A stretch of 64,000 nucleotides of DNA from Eimeria praecox (GCA_963920595.1 OY986950.1:1178001-1242000); one strand, 5' to 3'. Shown: positions 1 to 43,070, counted from the first letter of the stretch. Notes: generated by a model not told the origin, from the sequence alone. Made by a program: numbers and translations.

Positions 1-1337
1 GCAGCCGCGCAGTACCCAATTCGGGGGGCCCCCCCCCAAGGAGGGGGCCCCCCTCGGGGGGCCCCCCCCCAAGGAGGGGGCCCCCCTCGGGGGGCCCCCC
101 CTCCAGTAAGGGCCCCTCCACGGGGCCCTCCGGGGGCCCCTGGGGGGCCCCCTCCTTCACCTTCGGTTTCTCTCTAAGAGGAAATATCTGCAGGTTATCC
201 CAGGGGCGGAAGGAATGGCGGGGGGCCCCCGGGGGCCCCCCGTTTGCTGCTAGGGGCGGGGGGGCCCTGTTTCTGTCTTCTGAGGGGGCCCCCGATAATA
301 CCCCCCGCACTAGTAGTTGAGGGGCCCCCCTGTATGATTGTGAGGGGCCCCTCTGTCTCCTAATTAGATACGAGGCCTCTGGCTGCTGAGAGGGGCCCCC
401 ATGGGGCCCCACCAACGATACAGGGGGGCCCCCTCCTGCTGCAGTATGAAGGCGAGAGAGACAGAGAGAGGAGAGAAAGAGAGGAGAAAGACGCTGCTGC
501 TGCTGCTGCTGTTGCTGCTGTTGTTGTAGCTGCTGCTGTTCGTGCTGCTGCAGGGTCTGCTGCAATGTTGCTGTTCGATGTTGCGGTGTACGTACAGCAG
601 CAGCAGCTGCTGCTGCAGCTGCAGCAGCAGCAGCAGCAACTAAAGCCAAGACCCAAACAGCCACTGTCCCCCTGAATATCATTTGTTAAGGGGGGCCCCC
701 TTCTCGTTGGGGGCTGTCTCTAGGGGGGCCCCCCAGAAGCAGCAGCAGGCCCTTCCCCCCCCCCCCCCCCCCCGCTCTTCTATTACTCTCTCTCTGTGTC
801 TGTCTCTCTATACAGCTTCTTCCAATAACAATCATCATTATATCTAAATAGTATATTTTAGATAGGCAGCAGGAATAGAAGAGAGAGGGGGGCCCCCAGA
901 GGCTGGCTGGGGGCCCCCTTCCCCCCCCCCCCTCCCCCCCAAACCCCCCTCTCTCTCTCTCTGTCTCTCTCTCTCTCTCTTGTTGTTGTTGCTTCTTAAA
1001 TATTTAAGTATATATATATATTTGTGTGTATTATTTGTATTATTTTATATTTTAAAAATAAAAATAAATATAAATAAACAAAGATATGATATAATTGAGT
1101 ATGAAGGGAGGCCTCCTTACATACAGCAGCGCTCTCGTATCCGCGATATATATAGCAGCAGCAGGGGGGGCCCCCAAAACATATTTACTGTCTCCTTTCT
1201 ATCGTTTTAGATATAATACTACATTATTTATTAATTCTATACCCTATAAAAACAATTGTGGGCTTCAAACAAGTAAGAACAAACCAGGGGGGCCCCCCCT
1301 TGGGGGGCCCCCCTAATGGAGGAGGCGTCGTCTCTAC

Positions 1338-1375
<38 letters not shown>

Positions 1376-1570
1376 GTCTACGCCAGCAATGAGGGGGGTG
1401 CTGAAGGTAGTGTATGTTTGTTATTGTATCTACAATATAAATAAAAACATATTAAATATTATTAATTATATTTATTTTATTTATTATTAACGTTGTGCGT
1501 TGATAGGAAGCCCCTGTTTAGGGCCTACAACCCCCCTGACAAGCCGGCGTTTCTGTTGCTGCTTCCCCTT

Positions 1571-1634
<64 letters not shown>

Positions 1635-1742
1635 TATCTCTCCTCTTCATTATCTTGTAGTAGGCCCTCCTTCTTACTCTCAACCCCTCGCTCTCACTAT
1701 CTTCTCCCTCCTATCTCAGGTGTATATACAGCTACCTCGAAG

Positions 1743-12391
<10,649 letters not shown>

Positions 12392-12418
12392 CTTACATGC
12401 TTATTAACACATAACAAG

Positions 12419-12679
12419 ACTAGCTAGCTAGCTAGCTAGCTAGCTAGCTAGCTGGTTGGTTGGCTGGCTAGCTAGCTAGCTAGTTGGTTGGCTGGCTAGC
12501 TAGCTAGCTGGCTGGCTAGCTACGTACCTCGCTAGCTACATACCTACCTACCTTCGTACCTACCTACCTACCTATATAGCTAGCTAGCTAGCTAGCTAGC
12601 TACTTGTGTGTGGCTGCTAGCTAGCTAGCTACTTGTGTGCGTTAGCTAGCTAGCTAGCTAGCTAGCTAGCTAGCTAGCT
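12419..12679. repeat. Self-complementary (TAGC)n array just 3' of the aminopeptidase stop codon
   Basis: Runs of TAGCTAGC with TACC/TGGC variants. Confidence 0.9.
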
Positions 12680-13045
12680 TGGAGATAAGCTCGTACTTGG
12701 CTGTTGTAGAACGTTGCAGCAGAAGCAACTGTCTCCTGCTGCTGCTGTCTCCTTCTGTCTCCTTCATAATTTGTCTCTCTCTTGCTGTAGTAACTAACCA
12801 AAGAAAACAAACATTGAGGGGGGCCTCTGCTGTCTCCTCACCACCTTAAGAGGGAAGGGGGCCCCCACTAACACCCACTAACAGGGGGCCCCCATCAACA
12901 GGGGGCCCCCTTGACGGGGCCCCCCACTCCCCTCCATCAACAGGGCCCCCCTATCAGCAGGGGCCCCCCCTTTGGGGAGAGACTGATACAAAGTACTTAA
13001 ACAGAGAAGCACCACATAAATTTGCTTGATGCCTATCTATCTATC

Positions 13046-13081
<36 letters not shown>

Positions 13082-13339
13082 GATAGATAGATAGATAGAT
13101 AGATATAGATATAGATATATAGATATAGATTATAGATATAGATATAGATAGATAAGTAGATAGATAGACAGACAGATAGATAGATATAGATATAGATATA
13201 CAGAGATAGATATATGGATAAATAAATATAGGCATATAGATATATATAGATATAGATACATAGATAGATAGAGGAAGATATAGATACAGATACATAGATG
13301 TAGATAGGTAGATAAGTAGATAGATAAATATATATATAA

Positions 13340-13400
<61 letters not shown>

Positions 13401-13721
13401 GATACAGAGAGAGGGAGATGGATATAGGTGTAGATATGTTATAGATATGTATCCTTATAGATATAGATATGTATACATAGAGACAGATATATGCAGATAT
13501 ATAGATGTAGACATAGATAGATGAAGATAGAGAGAGATATACAGATGTGCATGTATATCTATATCTATATATCTATCTATATATCTATATCTATATATGC
13601 ATATGTATAGCTATATATCTATATATTCATATATCTATATATCTATATATGTATATCTATATCTATATATCTATATAGATATATATCTGTATATCTATAT
13701 ATAGATATCTATATATGTCTA

Positions 13722-13825
<104 letters not shown>

Positions 13826-14024
13826 GATAGATAGATAGATAGATAGACAGGCAGATAGATAGATATAGATATAGATATATAGATATACAGATATTCATAT
13901 AGAATGATAGATAAATAGAGATGTAAATATATAAAAGTATAGAGGTAGATATGGCTGTATACTCATGTACGCATCTATACGTGTAGGGGTGCATGTATGT
14001 TAAAATATCTATACACACACACTC

Positions 14025-14070
<46 letters not shown>

Positions 14071-14331
14071 CTGTATACTATGGAGATATTTATAGAGAGA
14101 GTAGTACAACTGTCTATGCCTATCTATCTATAAAATCAACATCTATATTTATATCTATATATATCTATATATCTATATCAATATCTATATCTATATCTAT
14201 ATCTATATCTATATCTATATCTATATCTATATCTATATCTATATCTATATCTATATCTATATCTATATCTGTATCTATATCTATATCTATATATCTATAT
14301 ATAGATATAACTATCTATATCTATATCTATG

Positions 14332-14362
<31 letters not shown>

Positions 14363-14387
14363 CTATCTATCTATCTATCTATCTATA

Positions 14388-14440
<53 letters not shown>

Positions 14441-14610
14441 AGTATTGTTGCTTGTCTTTAGAAGTTTGATAAGATAAACGATAAACGATAATATAAATGA
14501 AGGAGACAGAGAAAGAGACAGAAAAAAGGAGAAAAGGAGACAGAAAAGTTCTTTATATTCAAAGACACAAAAGGAGACACAATTGCATGCGCTCAGCTGC
14601 TAATGACCTT

Positions 14611-15092
14611 TGGGGCCCCCCAAACCCTAGGGGGCCCCCCAAATCCTAGGGGGGCCCCCAAACCCTAGGGGGCCCCCCAAACCCTAGGGGGCCCCCAAAC
14701 CCTAGGGGGTCTCAGACCCTCAAGGGGCCTCCAAATCCCTAGGGGGCCCCACATCCCTAGAGGGCCCCTCAAATCCCTAGGGGGCCCCCAAATCCCTAAG
14801 GGGCCCCCAAATCCCTAAGGGGCCCCAAAATCCCTAGGGGGCCCCCAAATCCCTAAGGGGCCCCCAAATCCCTAAAGGGCCCCCAAATCCCTAGGGGGCC
14901 CCCAAATCCCTAAGGGGCCCCCAAATCCCTAAGGGGCCCCCAAATCCCTAGGGGGCCCCCAAATCTCTCGGGGGCCTCCAAACCCTCGGGAGGCCCCACA
15001 GCCTTTGGGGCCCCCCCAATTTCTTGGGGGCCCCCAAATTCCTATGGGGCCTCCAAATCCCTCGGGGGCCCCCAAGAAGATCTTGGGGGCCC
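14611..15092. repeat. ~20-bp palindromic minisatellite CCAAATCCCTAGGGGGCCCC
   Basis: Tandem units containing CCCTAGGG and GGGCCC palindromes, degenerating toward the 3' end. Confidence 0.88.
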
Positions 15093-15215
15093 CAACCTTC
15101 GAGGAGGCAACAACCTTTTCTGCAGCTAGCTAGCCATTCATATCGATAGCTAGCCAGGTATATAAATAGCTAGCTAGTCAGCTAGATAGATAGGTAAATA
15201 AAGAGCTAGCTAGCC

Positions 15216-15801
<586 letters not shown>

Positions 15802-15979
15802 CCAGAGAGATAGATAAATAGCTAGCTAGCTAACCGGGTAGGTAGGTAGGTAGGTAGCTAGCTAGCCGGATATAGGTATCTGTCTAGCTAGCTAGCTAGC
15901 CAGATATATAAATAAATAGCTAGCTATCTAAGAGGGGAAAAGGAGACAGAAGATTGGTGTTGTGTATAATTTGAGTATA

Positions 15980-33918
<17,939 letters not shown>

Positions 33919-34223
33919 TGTACTGTGTTAGGGGCCCCCCAGATAATATCTGAAAACGTGTGGGGCCCCTGCAACAGTGATAGGCCCCAGAGAACCCCAC
34001 AAGTAAGAAGACAGCAGCACAGCAGCAAGGGGCCCCCCATACAGCTGTGCTGCGCAAGGGTTAGGGGAGGGAAGAGGGGGCCCCCCTCTGTTCTGCTGCT
34101 CTCATAGGCGAATATAAAAATAATAATTGCATTAATAATATTTTAAAGTGTATTTCTAAAGAACAGGAAACATACACCTGGAGGGTGCGAGAGAGGGAGG
34201 GGCCCCAGTGCCGTCGGGGGCCC

Positions 34224-34283
<60 letters not shown>

Positions 34284-34415
34284 GTTTAGACCCTGAGATT
34301 TGTTGGGGGCCCTCTTTGTTTTTTTTGCTGTATTTTCTGTATTCTTGTGCAGATTATTGCGTCAAGGGGTCCTAATTAATGTAGGGGGCCCCAAGGTGTC
34401 GGGGCCCCCAAAGCT

Positions 34416-34476
<61 letters not shown>

Positions 34477-34765
34477 GGACATACATGTGCTCTCCCGCTG
34501 CAGGGACTACCCAGCTAGCTGTTTGCTCTCTCATTTCTTAGGCTTTAGGGCCTCCTGGGGCCCCCAGGGGCCCCCCTAGCGCAGCAGAACAGCAGCGGCT
34601 GCGACTCGTGCTGCAGCAGCAGCAGCAGCAGCAAGGGCCCCTACCTACCTTACTGTTGCCTACCTCCCATCCGCTGCTGCTGCCGCTGCCGCTGCTGCTG
34701 CTGCTGCAGGAGCTCCTTACGGAAACCCTTAACTCCAGCAGCGGCAGTCTGTAACCCGACAGATA

Positions 34766-34796
<31 letters not shown>

Positions 34797-35041
34797 AGCA
34801 GCAGCAGCAACAGCAGCAGCAGCAACAGCAGCAGCAGCAACAGCAACAGCAGCAACAGCAGCAAGCCATACACGTCTGGAACGGCAGAAACAGCAGCAGC
34901 AACAGCAGCAGCAGTCCGTATCCACCTGAGACAGCAGGATCATCTGCAGCAGCAGCAGCAGCTGCTGCTGCTGCAGCAATAGTGTTATCAGGGTTATCTT
35001 CAACAGCTGCAGCAGTAGTTTGTCTCCTTCTAGCAGCAAAT

Positions 35042-35284
35042 ATGAGGCGCCGCTGGGGTGTATATACAGCCTACATCCCTGGCCTCTCTCTAGTATTAGC
35101 GAAGGAGCTGCTGCTGCTGCTGCATGCATGCGCTCTGCTGCTGATTGTGCTGCAGCAGCCCCCTACTCACCTCATAGGGGCCCCTGGGGGGCCCCTAGAT
35201 ACACCGCAGCAGCCACCGGCACTCCCTAGGGACTTGCATGTTCCCCTACCCCAGCAGCAGCAGCAGCAGCAACTGCAGCAGCAG

Positions 35285-35328
<44 letters not shown>

Positions 35329-35428
35329 GCATCCAATTGAATTCGCTTCCTCTCATGTAGATCGAAGCCCTGCAGCAACAGGAGATGCATTTGTCTCCCC
35401 TGCAGCATCAGGGGACAGCAGCAAGGGG

Positions 35429-35463
<35 letters not shown>

Positions 35464-37258
35464 GCCTGCTGCAGTTCCTGCTGCTGCTGTTGCTGCGCCG
35501 TCTGCTGCTGCTGCTGCTGCTCCACCAGCAGCAGCACCAGCAGCAGCAGCAGCATCTGCTGCAGGATCAGTAGAGGTGCTGTTTCATACAGAGGCTGCAG
35601 CAGCAGAGGGGCCCCCGGCCCCTCCTCATTACATTACTAATGAGGGGGACGATAAGGGTTTAGGGGGCCCCCAATGGGGGGCCCCCAACATTGCTACTGC
35701 GGGTTTGCTGCTGCTGTGGGGTGGATGGTGTGTTGCTGCGTTGCTGCTGCTGTCTCCTTTGGGAGCTGTACCCTATCTGCAGCAGTGTAATGCAGCAGGG
35801 CATAGTCGAGCAGGTGTTGTTGGGGGCCCCCGTTGGGGGGCCCCCCTAGAGGGGGATATGCAACAGAGGGGGCCCCTCGAACCCTCCTCATCTATACAGG
35901 AGACACCTGGGGGGCCCCCTTCATCTGTCTCCTGGGGCCTCCCGCGCATGCATGGGGTGTATGTACTCTCCTTCATGACAGAGGTGCTGCCACACTGTCT
36001 CCTGTCTCTCTTGGGGGCCCCCTTGGTGCTGCTGCTAGCATGGGGGGAGTGTGGGGCCCTCTCCTCCTTTGCATCCTTATGGGGGCCCCCCAAAGGCCCC
36101 CTGGGGGCCCCCACCTTGGGGGGGCCCCCATCGGGGGGGGCCCCCATGGGGGGGGCCCCTATAGGGGCCCCCCGATGGCCCCTGGTGGCAGAGGACGGTG
36201 TCCAGTACCCTCTTTGGAGACTGTCTCTTGTTGCTGTTGCTGTTGCCTTTCTTTTATTTTCTATTTATACATCCTATCCTGTTTCTTCTTTTTTTCTATG
36301 GGGGGCCCTGGCAGGGGCCCTGGGGTGTATGTGGGGCCCCTTACTGTTACGGGGGCCCCCCATGAACCCTCAGCAAGGACTAGCTGGTGGAGATATAAGC
36401 AGCAGCAGCAGCAGCAGCAGCACCATCGAGTTGCTGCCGCAGGGTTTACTGCCTGCTGCTGCTGCTGTTTGTCTTGTGGGGGCCCTCTGCTGCTTCAGAC
36501 GAGCCAAGACCCTAAAAGAAGCTCTCACTTTCTCTGTAAGTGGGGGCCCTGGGGGCCCCTGGGGGGGAGCCCTGGGGGGCCCCTGTGGGGCCCTGAGGGC
36601 CTTTGGGGGGCCCCCAGGGGCCCCCCAAAGGCCCTCAGGGGCCCCCCCCCTCCGCTGCAGCTGCTGCTTACTTTGCTGATAGGGCCCCCTGTGTGGTGTT
36701 GCTGCTGTGGGTGTTTGCTGCAGGAGTTGCTGCTTCATGGCCTCCGAGGTGTTTGTTTCTTCGTAGCCTCTCTGATGCTTGTTAGCTGCAGCAGGGGACC
36801 TAGGGGGGGCCCCCCGGGGCCCCTTGGGGGCCCCCAGGGGCCCCCAGGGGGGCCCCCTATATCGTCGGGTGCCCTGACAGATTGGCTGTCTCCTTCCAAC
36901 GATATATGGGCGTGCTCTATTATTATAGGGGCCTCCTTCATCTCTCTAGTTGTCTCTTTATGTTTATTTTGCTGCTCCGCTCGTTGGGGGCCCCCCGAGC
37001 TACGTGCAGATATTCTATACTGTCGGGCTGCTAGAAGGAGAGAAGCTTTAGGCCCTGCGGGGGATGTGGGGGCCCTACACCTGCAGCAGCAGCTGCTGCT
37101 GCAGCTGCAGCAGCAACAACAGCAACAACAACAACAGCACCAACAACAACAACAGCAGCAGCAGCAGCAAGAGCTGCAGCAGCAACAGCCCACACTGAAG
37201 CAGCAGATACAGCCATCAGTACAACTCGTTCCTCTTAGTCCTGCGGTGGCAGCCTCCC

Positions 37259-37310
<52 letters not shown>

Positions 37311-37530
37311 TGGTCAGATGCCTTACGCGGGGGGCCCTTACATTGGGCCCCTCCCCGGTGAGGGTCTTGAGGGTACTGGGGGCCCCCAGTACCCAGGGGG
37401 CCCCCAGTACCCAGGGGGCCCCTGGCCTCGCTCCTCCTTACAGCTGGTGAGAGCGGGTTTGAGGAGGGGGGCCTCCTTGCTGCTGTGGCGGCGCAGCAGC
37501 CGCGATGCTGCAGCAGTTGGCTTACATTAG
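35042..37530 (+). CDS. Putative multi-pass membrane protein, family unassigned; two exons, 5' end uncertain
   Basis: The overlapping ORFs 34982-36679 and 35833-37530 are joined in frame by intron 36536-36660 (GTAAGT...CCGCTGCAG), giving ...KEALTFS|LLLTLLIGPPVW... Several hydrophobic segments (e.g. LSLVAVAVAFLLFSIY, IWACSIIIGASFISLVVSLCLF). First ATG is 35042, but the frame is open back to 34733, so an upstream exon may exist. Confidence 0.6.
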
Positions 37531-38785
37531 AGGCTGCTGCTGCTGCTAATGCTGCTGCTGCAGCAGCAGCAGCAGCAACTGCTGCTGCTGCTGCTGTTGT
37601 TGCTGTAGGGGGAAGGGGGCCCGGGGCCCCTTTAGGGTTTGATATTGCTTCTTCTTGACTTGTATGCCCTTGGTACTCCTTCATTTGCTCTTTAGAGGCT
37701 ATCAATAATAACTGCTGCTGCTGCTGCTGCTCGTGCTGCTGCTGCTGCTGCTTGTCGTGCTGCTGCTGCTCGTGCTGCTGCTGCTGCTCGTGCTGCTGCT
37801 GCTGCTCGTGCTGCTGCTGCTGCTGCTGCGTAGGTGTTTTGCTCTTAATATTTTAATTGTATTTAAGAAACAGAGACAGAAGTTAGTGTAGGAGGAGAAG
37901 ACACCTTACATGCATGCATGCAGTACACCCGAGCTAAACACTTACTGTCTACGAGACACCAACTCCAGCCCCAAACTATGAGGGGCCCCTCTTCGAAAGC
38001 TGCTGCTGCTACTGCTGCTGCTGCTGCAGCTACTGCTGCTGCTGCTGCAGCTACTGCTGCTGCTGCTGTAGCTACTGCTGCTGCAGCTACTGCTGCTACT
38101 GCTACTGGTGCTGCAGCTACTGCTGCTGCAGCTACTGGTGCTGCTGCTACTGCAGCTACTACTGCTGCTGCTGCAGCTACTGGTGCTGCTGCTACTGCAG
38201 CTACTACTGCTGCTGCTGCAGCTACTGCTGCTGCTGCTGCAGCTACAGCTGCTGCAGCTACTGGTGCTGCTGCTACTGCAGCTACTACTGCTGCTGCTGC
38301 AGCTACTGCTGCTGCTGCAGCTACTGCTGCTGCTGCTACTGCTGCTGCTGCTAATGCAGCTACAACTGCTGCTGCTGCAGCTACTGCTGCTGCTGCAGCT
38401 ACTGCTGCTGCTGCGGCTACTGCTGCTGCAGCTACTGTTGCTGCATGCAGCCCCAAACTTAGCAGAGAAAAGAGACGGTTTCTATCGTTCTCTTGATTTC
38501 TCATAGATAGTAGAAAGCTGCCCCGACGGAGACAGAGGAGACAGAGACAGAGGAGACAGGGACAGAAGAGACAGAGACAGAAGAGACAGAGACAGAAGAG
38601 ACGGAGACAGAAGAGACAGAGGGAGTAGAGAAGAGAGAGGAGATAGAGAAGACAGAGACAGAGGAGACAGAGCCAACAGCAAATAAAAAGACGGAGGAGA
38701 CAGAGACAGAAGAGACAGGGGCAACAAAGAGAGACAGAGTATAAACAGAGACAATCTTACAATGCATGCATGCAGAGAGAGAGAC

Positions 38786-38826
<41 letters not shown>

Positions 38827-39300
38827 GAGGGAGAGATAGAGAGAGACAGAGAGAGACAGAGAGAGAGAGACACAGAGACAGAGAAAGGAGGAGACAGAGA
38901 GGGAGAGAGAGGAGACAGGGGATAGGAGCGAGGGGAGACAGAGACAGCAGAACGAACAGAATAAAACATAGACAGACAGGAGATGAAGAGACAGCTATCA
39001 TGTGTTTGTTGATCTCAGGTGTATCTGCAGCTATTCAAAAGGAGACAAATATGTATTTAATATCTGTGGGGCGTAAACTGTCTCCTCATGTAGTTAGTTA
39101 AGTATTTGAGGTGTACATACACCTGAAGTATATATAACAATATTTTAAGTGTCTCCTCAATACTTACATCGAGGAGACAGCGAGGAGACACCTCGTTGGT
39201 TACTGTCTCCTTTAACATATAAAAACATAGGAGAAGAAGACAGAGAGAGAAAACAGAAACAGAGACAGATAGAGAGAGAGAGACAGAGATAGAGAGATAG

Positions 39301-39398
<98 letters not shown>

Positions 39399-40180
39399 GT
39401 AGATAGACGGATTGATAGAGAGATATATGGATATAGAGACAGAGACAGATATAGAGACAGAGACAGATACAGAGACACAGACAGAGGCAGAGACAGATAT
39501 AGAGATAGAGAGAGAAATAGAGAAATAGAGAGTTAGGTAGACAGAGACAGATATAGAGGCACAGGCAGATATAGAGTTAGAGACAGAGGCAGAGACAGAT
39601 ATAGAGACAGAAACAGAGACAGAGGCGGAGATGGAGACAGAGACAGCGACAGGCATAGAGATATAGACAGAGACAGATAGAGAGACAGACAGAGAGAGAT
39701 AGATTTAGAAACAGAGAAAGAGAAGATAGAGACAGAGGAAAAGACAGACAATTCTCTCAAGGGGACAGAAAGGAGACAGAAAGGAGACAGAGAGGAGACA
39801 GAAAGGAGACAGACAGCATTGATGGGGTAAGAGTTATGTTTGCTAATACACAATAAAACAAAAAAATATTATAATAAAAAAATATTTATATAATAATATA
39901 AATAAACATATTATTGAAAATCATATATATATATATATATATATATTAATTGTATTTTAAATTCTTTAAGTGCTGTGTTTACTGCTGCTGTTATCCTTAG
40001 ACTTTGGCTGTCTTCATTAGAAGATCTAAGCAAACAACAAAAAGGAGACAGACACATCAAAAGGAGACAGACACCTCAGAAGGAGACAGTGTGTACTTTG
40101 TACGAAACACATAAAAATTAATAAGAGACAGATAATCACTGAAGACACAGGGCTGAGGGGCGTGCAGCCTCCCTTTAACT

Positions 40181-40714
40181 GCAGCTAGCTGTCTAGCTAG
40201 CCGTCTAGCTAGCTGGCTAGCTGGCTAGATAGCTAGCTGCCTAGCTAGCTAGATAGCTAGCTGTCTAGCTAGCTGTCTAGCTAGCTGTCTAACTAGCTGT
40301 CTAGCTAGCTGTCTAGCTAGTTGTCTAGCTAGCTACCTACCTACTTGTCTAGCTAGCTGTCTAGCTAGCTGTCTAGCTAGCTGTCTAGCTAGTTGTCTAG
40401 CTAGCTGTCTAGCTAGTTGTCTAGGTAGTCTTGCAAGGAGGTATATTAAGGAGGAGATAGCAAGCTGCCTAGCTAGCTAGCCAGCTAGTTAGACAGCTAG
40501 CTAGCCAGCTAGTTAGACAGCTAGCTAGACAGCTAGCTAGACAGCTAGCTAGACAGCTAGCCAGACAGCTAGCTAGCCAGGTAGTTAGACAGCTAGCTAG
40601 CCAGCTAGTTAGACAGCTAGCTAGCCAGCTAGTTAGACAGCTAGCTAGCCAGCTAGCTGGCCAGCTAGCTAGACAGTTAGCTAGCCATCTAGCTAGACAG
40701 CTAGCTATCCAGCT
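40181..40714. repeat. Inverted pair of TAGC-based arrays (GTCTAGCTAGCT ... AGCTAGCTAGAC)
   Basis: Left arm 40181-40430 uses TGTCTAGCTAGC; right arm 40465-40714 uses its reverse complement GCTAGCTAGACA; short unique spacer between. Confidence 0.85.
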
Positions 40715-40866
40715 ACGAGCTTACGTTTAATGTTTGAATCTTAATGAGCTGCGGAGACAGCCGAAGGAGACAGAGAGAGGAGACACACAGTCTAAAACGT
40801 TTTTTCTTGTTTTCCCCTGCGGGCCTCATCAGGAGCTCTTAATCTTTTTATGTTTATGTTTATGTT

Positions 40867-40913
<47 letters not shown>

Positions 40914-41304
40914 ATATATATATTATATTATATATATATTAACTCAAGAAATATTTAAGGGCTGAATCGATCTAGGGTTTAGGGTTTAGGGTTTAGGGTT
41001 TAGGGTTTAAGGTTCTGTGTCTCTTGCTGAGGCTGTTCTCCTTTCATTATTCTTTAAAGACCGACCCTAAACCCTAATAAACCCTAAACCCTAAACCCTA
41101 AACCCTAAACCCTAAACCCTAGGCCATCTGACTGTAGGTATCCCGTGGCAGTTCAATTGAAGGAAGAGGACTCCTAAGCCATAAACCCTAAACCCTAAAC
41201 CCTAAACCCTAAACCCTAGGACTACGAGGAATATGTGTTTTGTTTACGCGTATATTCTCTCATATGTTTGATGGTTTTAGTATAAAGATAGTCTAACATA
41301 TAAG

Positions 41305-41389
<85 letters not shown>

Positions 41390-42118
41390 GAGACAGTCCG
41401 CCTGGTGTCTCCTCCCGGTCTAAGGAAGGAGACAGATGAAGCCTACATCATGAGGTAGAGTAATTAAATGTTTTTTCGTAGTTTTAGATGCAAAGTTTGT
41501 AGATAAACAATAAACTATAACCTTGACGGGAGAGAGAGAGAGGGAGAGAGAGGGAGAGAGAGGGAGGGAGAGATTGACGTGATAATGTGTTTAAATATTT
41601 AATTTCTATGAATTATTTAAATATATTTAAAGTATTAAATATTTTCTGAGGGTTATAAAAATATATAATACGTGAGGTGTATGTACACCGCAGCATCAGC
41701 ATTCTACTGTGGTGGTAGGCATTATATATATTTGTGTGTATAAATATGCGAGGGTTTTGCAGCATTAGATATTATTATTTATTTATTTATATGTTGAAAT
41801 AAGAAGAAATAATAAATTAATATTTTAATTAATATATTTAACAACAATAATTTACAGCAATTGTTGGAGAAATTCAGGTGTACGTACACCACAATTCTAG
41901 TAGAACGGATGAGCCTCAGGCCTCTGTGCTCTACCTGCTCGGGGCCCCTGTATGTTATATTGAGTAGGAATAGAATATATATATTTAGATTATATAATTA
42001 TATTTAATATTAATATTTGTTTTATTATTCTATAGAGGAGAAAATAGAGTTTAATTGCTGCAGCAAGACAAGTGTGATATTGCTGTGTTGATTGTGCTGC
42101 TGCTGTTGCTGCTGCTCT

Positions 42119-42150
<32 letters not shown>

Positions 42151-42384
42151 CTGCTTGCTGCTGCTCTTGCTGCTTGCTGCTCTTGCTGCTGCTGCTCTTG
42201 CTGCTGCTGCTCTTGCTGCTGCTGCTCTTGCTGCTGCTGTTTATGTGTGTGTGTATTTGATATTCTGTTTTTTATTTCTTCTACTTGTCTCTTCTGTTTT
42301 ATTTTGCTTTCTTCAAACATCCTCGCGCAGCTTCATTCTCTGCTGCCGACTCCCCCGCCTTGTCGTCCTCGGTCAGGGCCACTG

Positions 42385-42430
<46 letters not shown>

Positions 42431-42561
42431 GCAACAATAACACCAGCAGCAGCAGCAGCAGCAGCAGCAGATGCTGCAGCAAGCCCGCTGCAGCGGCTAT
42501 AGTATCATCCCCTACTCTTGTCAAACACACAGCAAGGTTACAGCTCAACTGTTCGGCACCA

Positions 42562-42599
<38 letters not shown>

Positions 42600-42954
42600 G
42601 GCCTTCGTTTGCTGTTCTAGCAGTCGCGGCGTACACTGGATGCAGCAGCAGCAGCACCAGCAGCAGCAGCATCAGCAGCAGCAGCAGCAGCAGCAACTGC
42701 AGCGAATGAAGAAGCAATCAAGGGCTGCTTTCCAAAGAGGCAGCAGCGCCGCACACAGCAGCAGCAGCAGCAGCAACTGCTGCTGCTGCTGCTGCTGCTG
42801 CTGCTACACTACTACACTAGAAGCCTGACAATCCCGCGGAGCAAGGCTTCATAGATAATAACCCTAATCCTCTTTCGCAGCGGCCCTGCAGCAGCAGCAG
42901 CAACAGCAGCAGCAGTAGCAACAGCAGCAACAGCAGCAACAGCAGCACCAGCAC

Positions 42955-42992
<38 letters not shown>

Positions 42993-43011
42993 GCAGCAAG
43001 ATCTGGGTGCG

Positions 43012-43070
43012 ATGGATTATCTAACTGTGCTAGGCGCCCTCTCTAATGTTGAAGGCGTTGTATCAGGCCT

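Noticed and set aside
1..660. Partial gene at the left edge (GGGCCC-rich, short minus-strand ORFs)
   Set aside because: May be the 5' part of a neighbouring gene, but I could not establish frame, strand or homology.
36536..36660. Frameshift or pseudogene at the poly-C run between two overlapping 565-aa ORFs
   Set aside because: A canonical GTAAGT...CAG intron joins the two frames exactly.
42055..43011. Short CAG/CTG ORFs upstream of the 1327-aa ORF, and the many poly-L/C/A ORFs across the window
   Set aside because: Alternative-frame or antisense translations of triplet and dinucleotide repeats with no independent coding signal.
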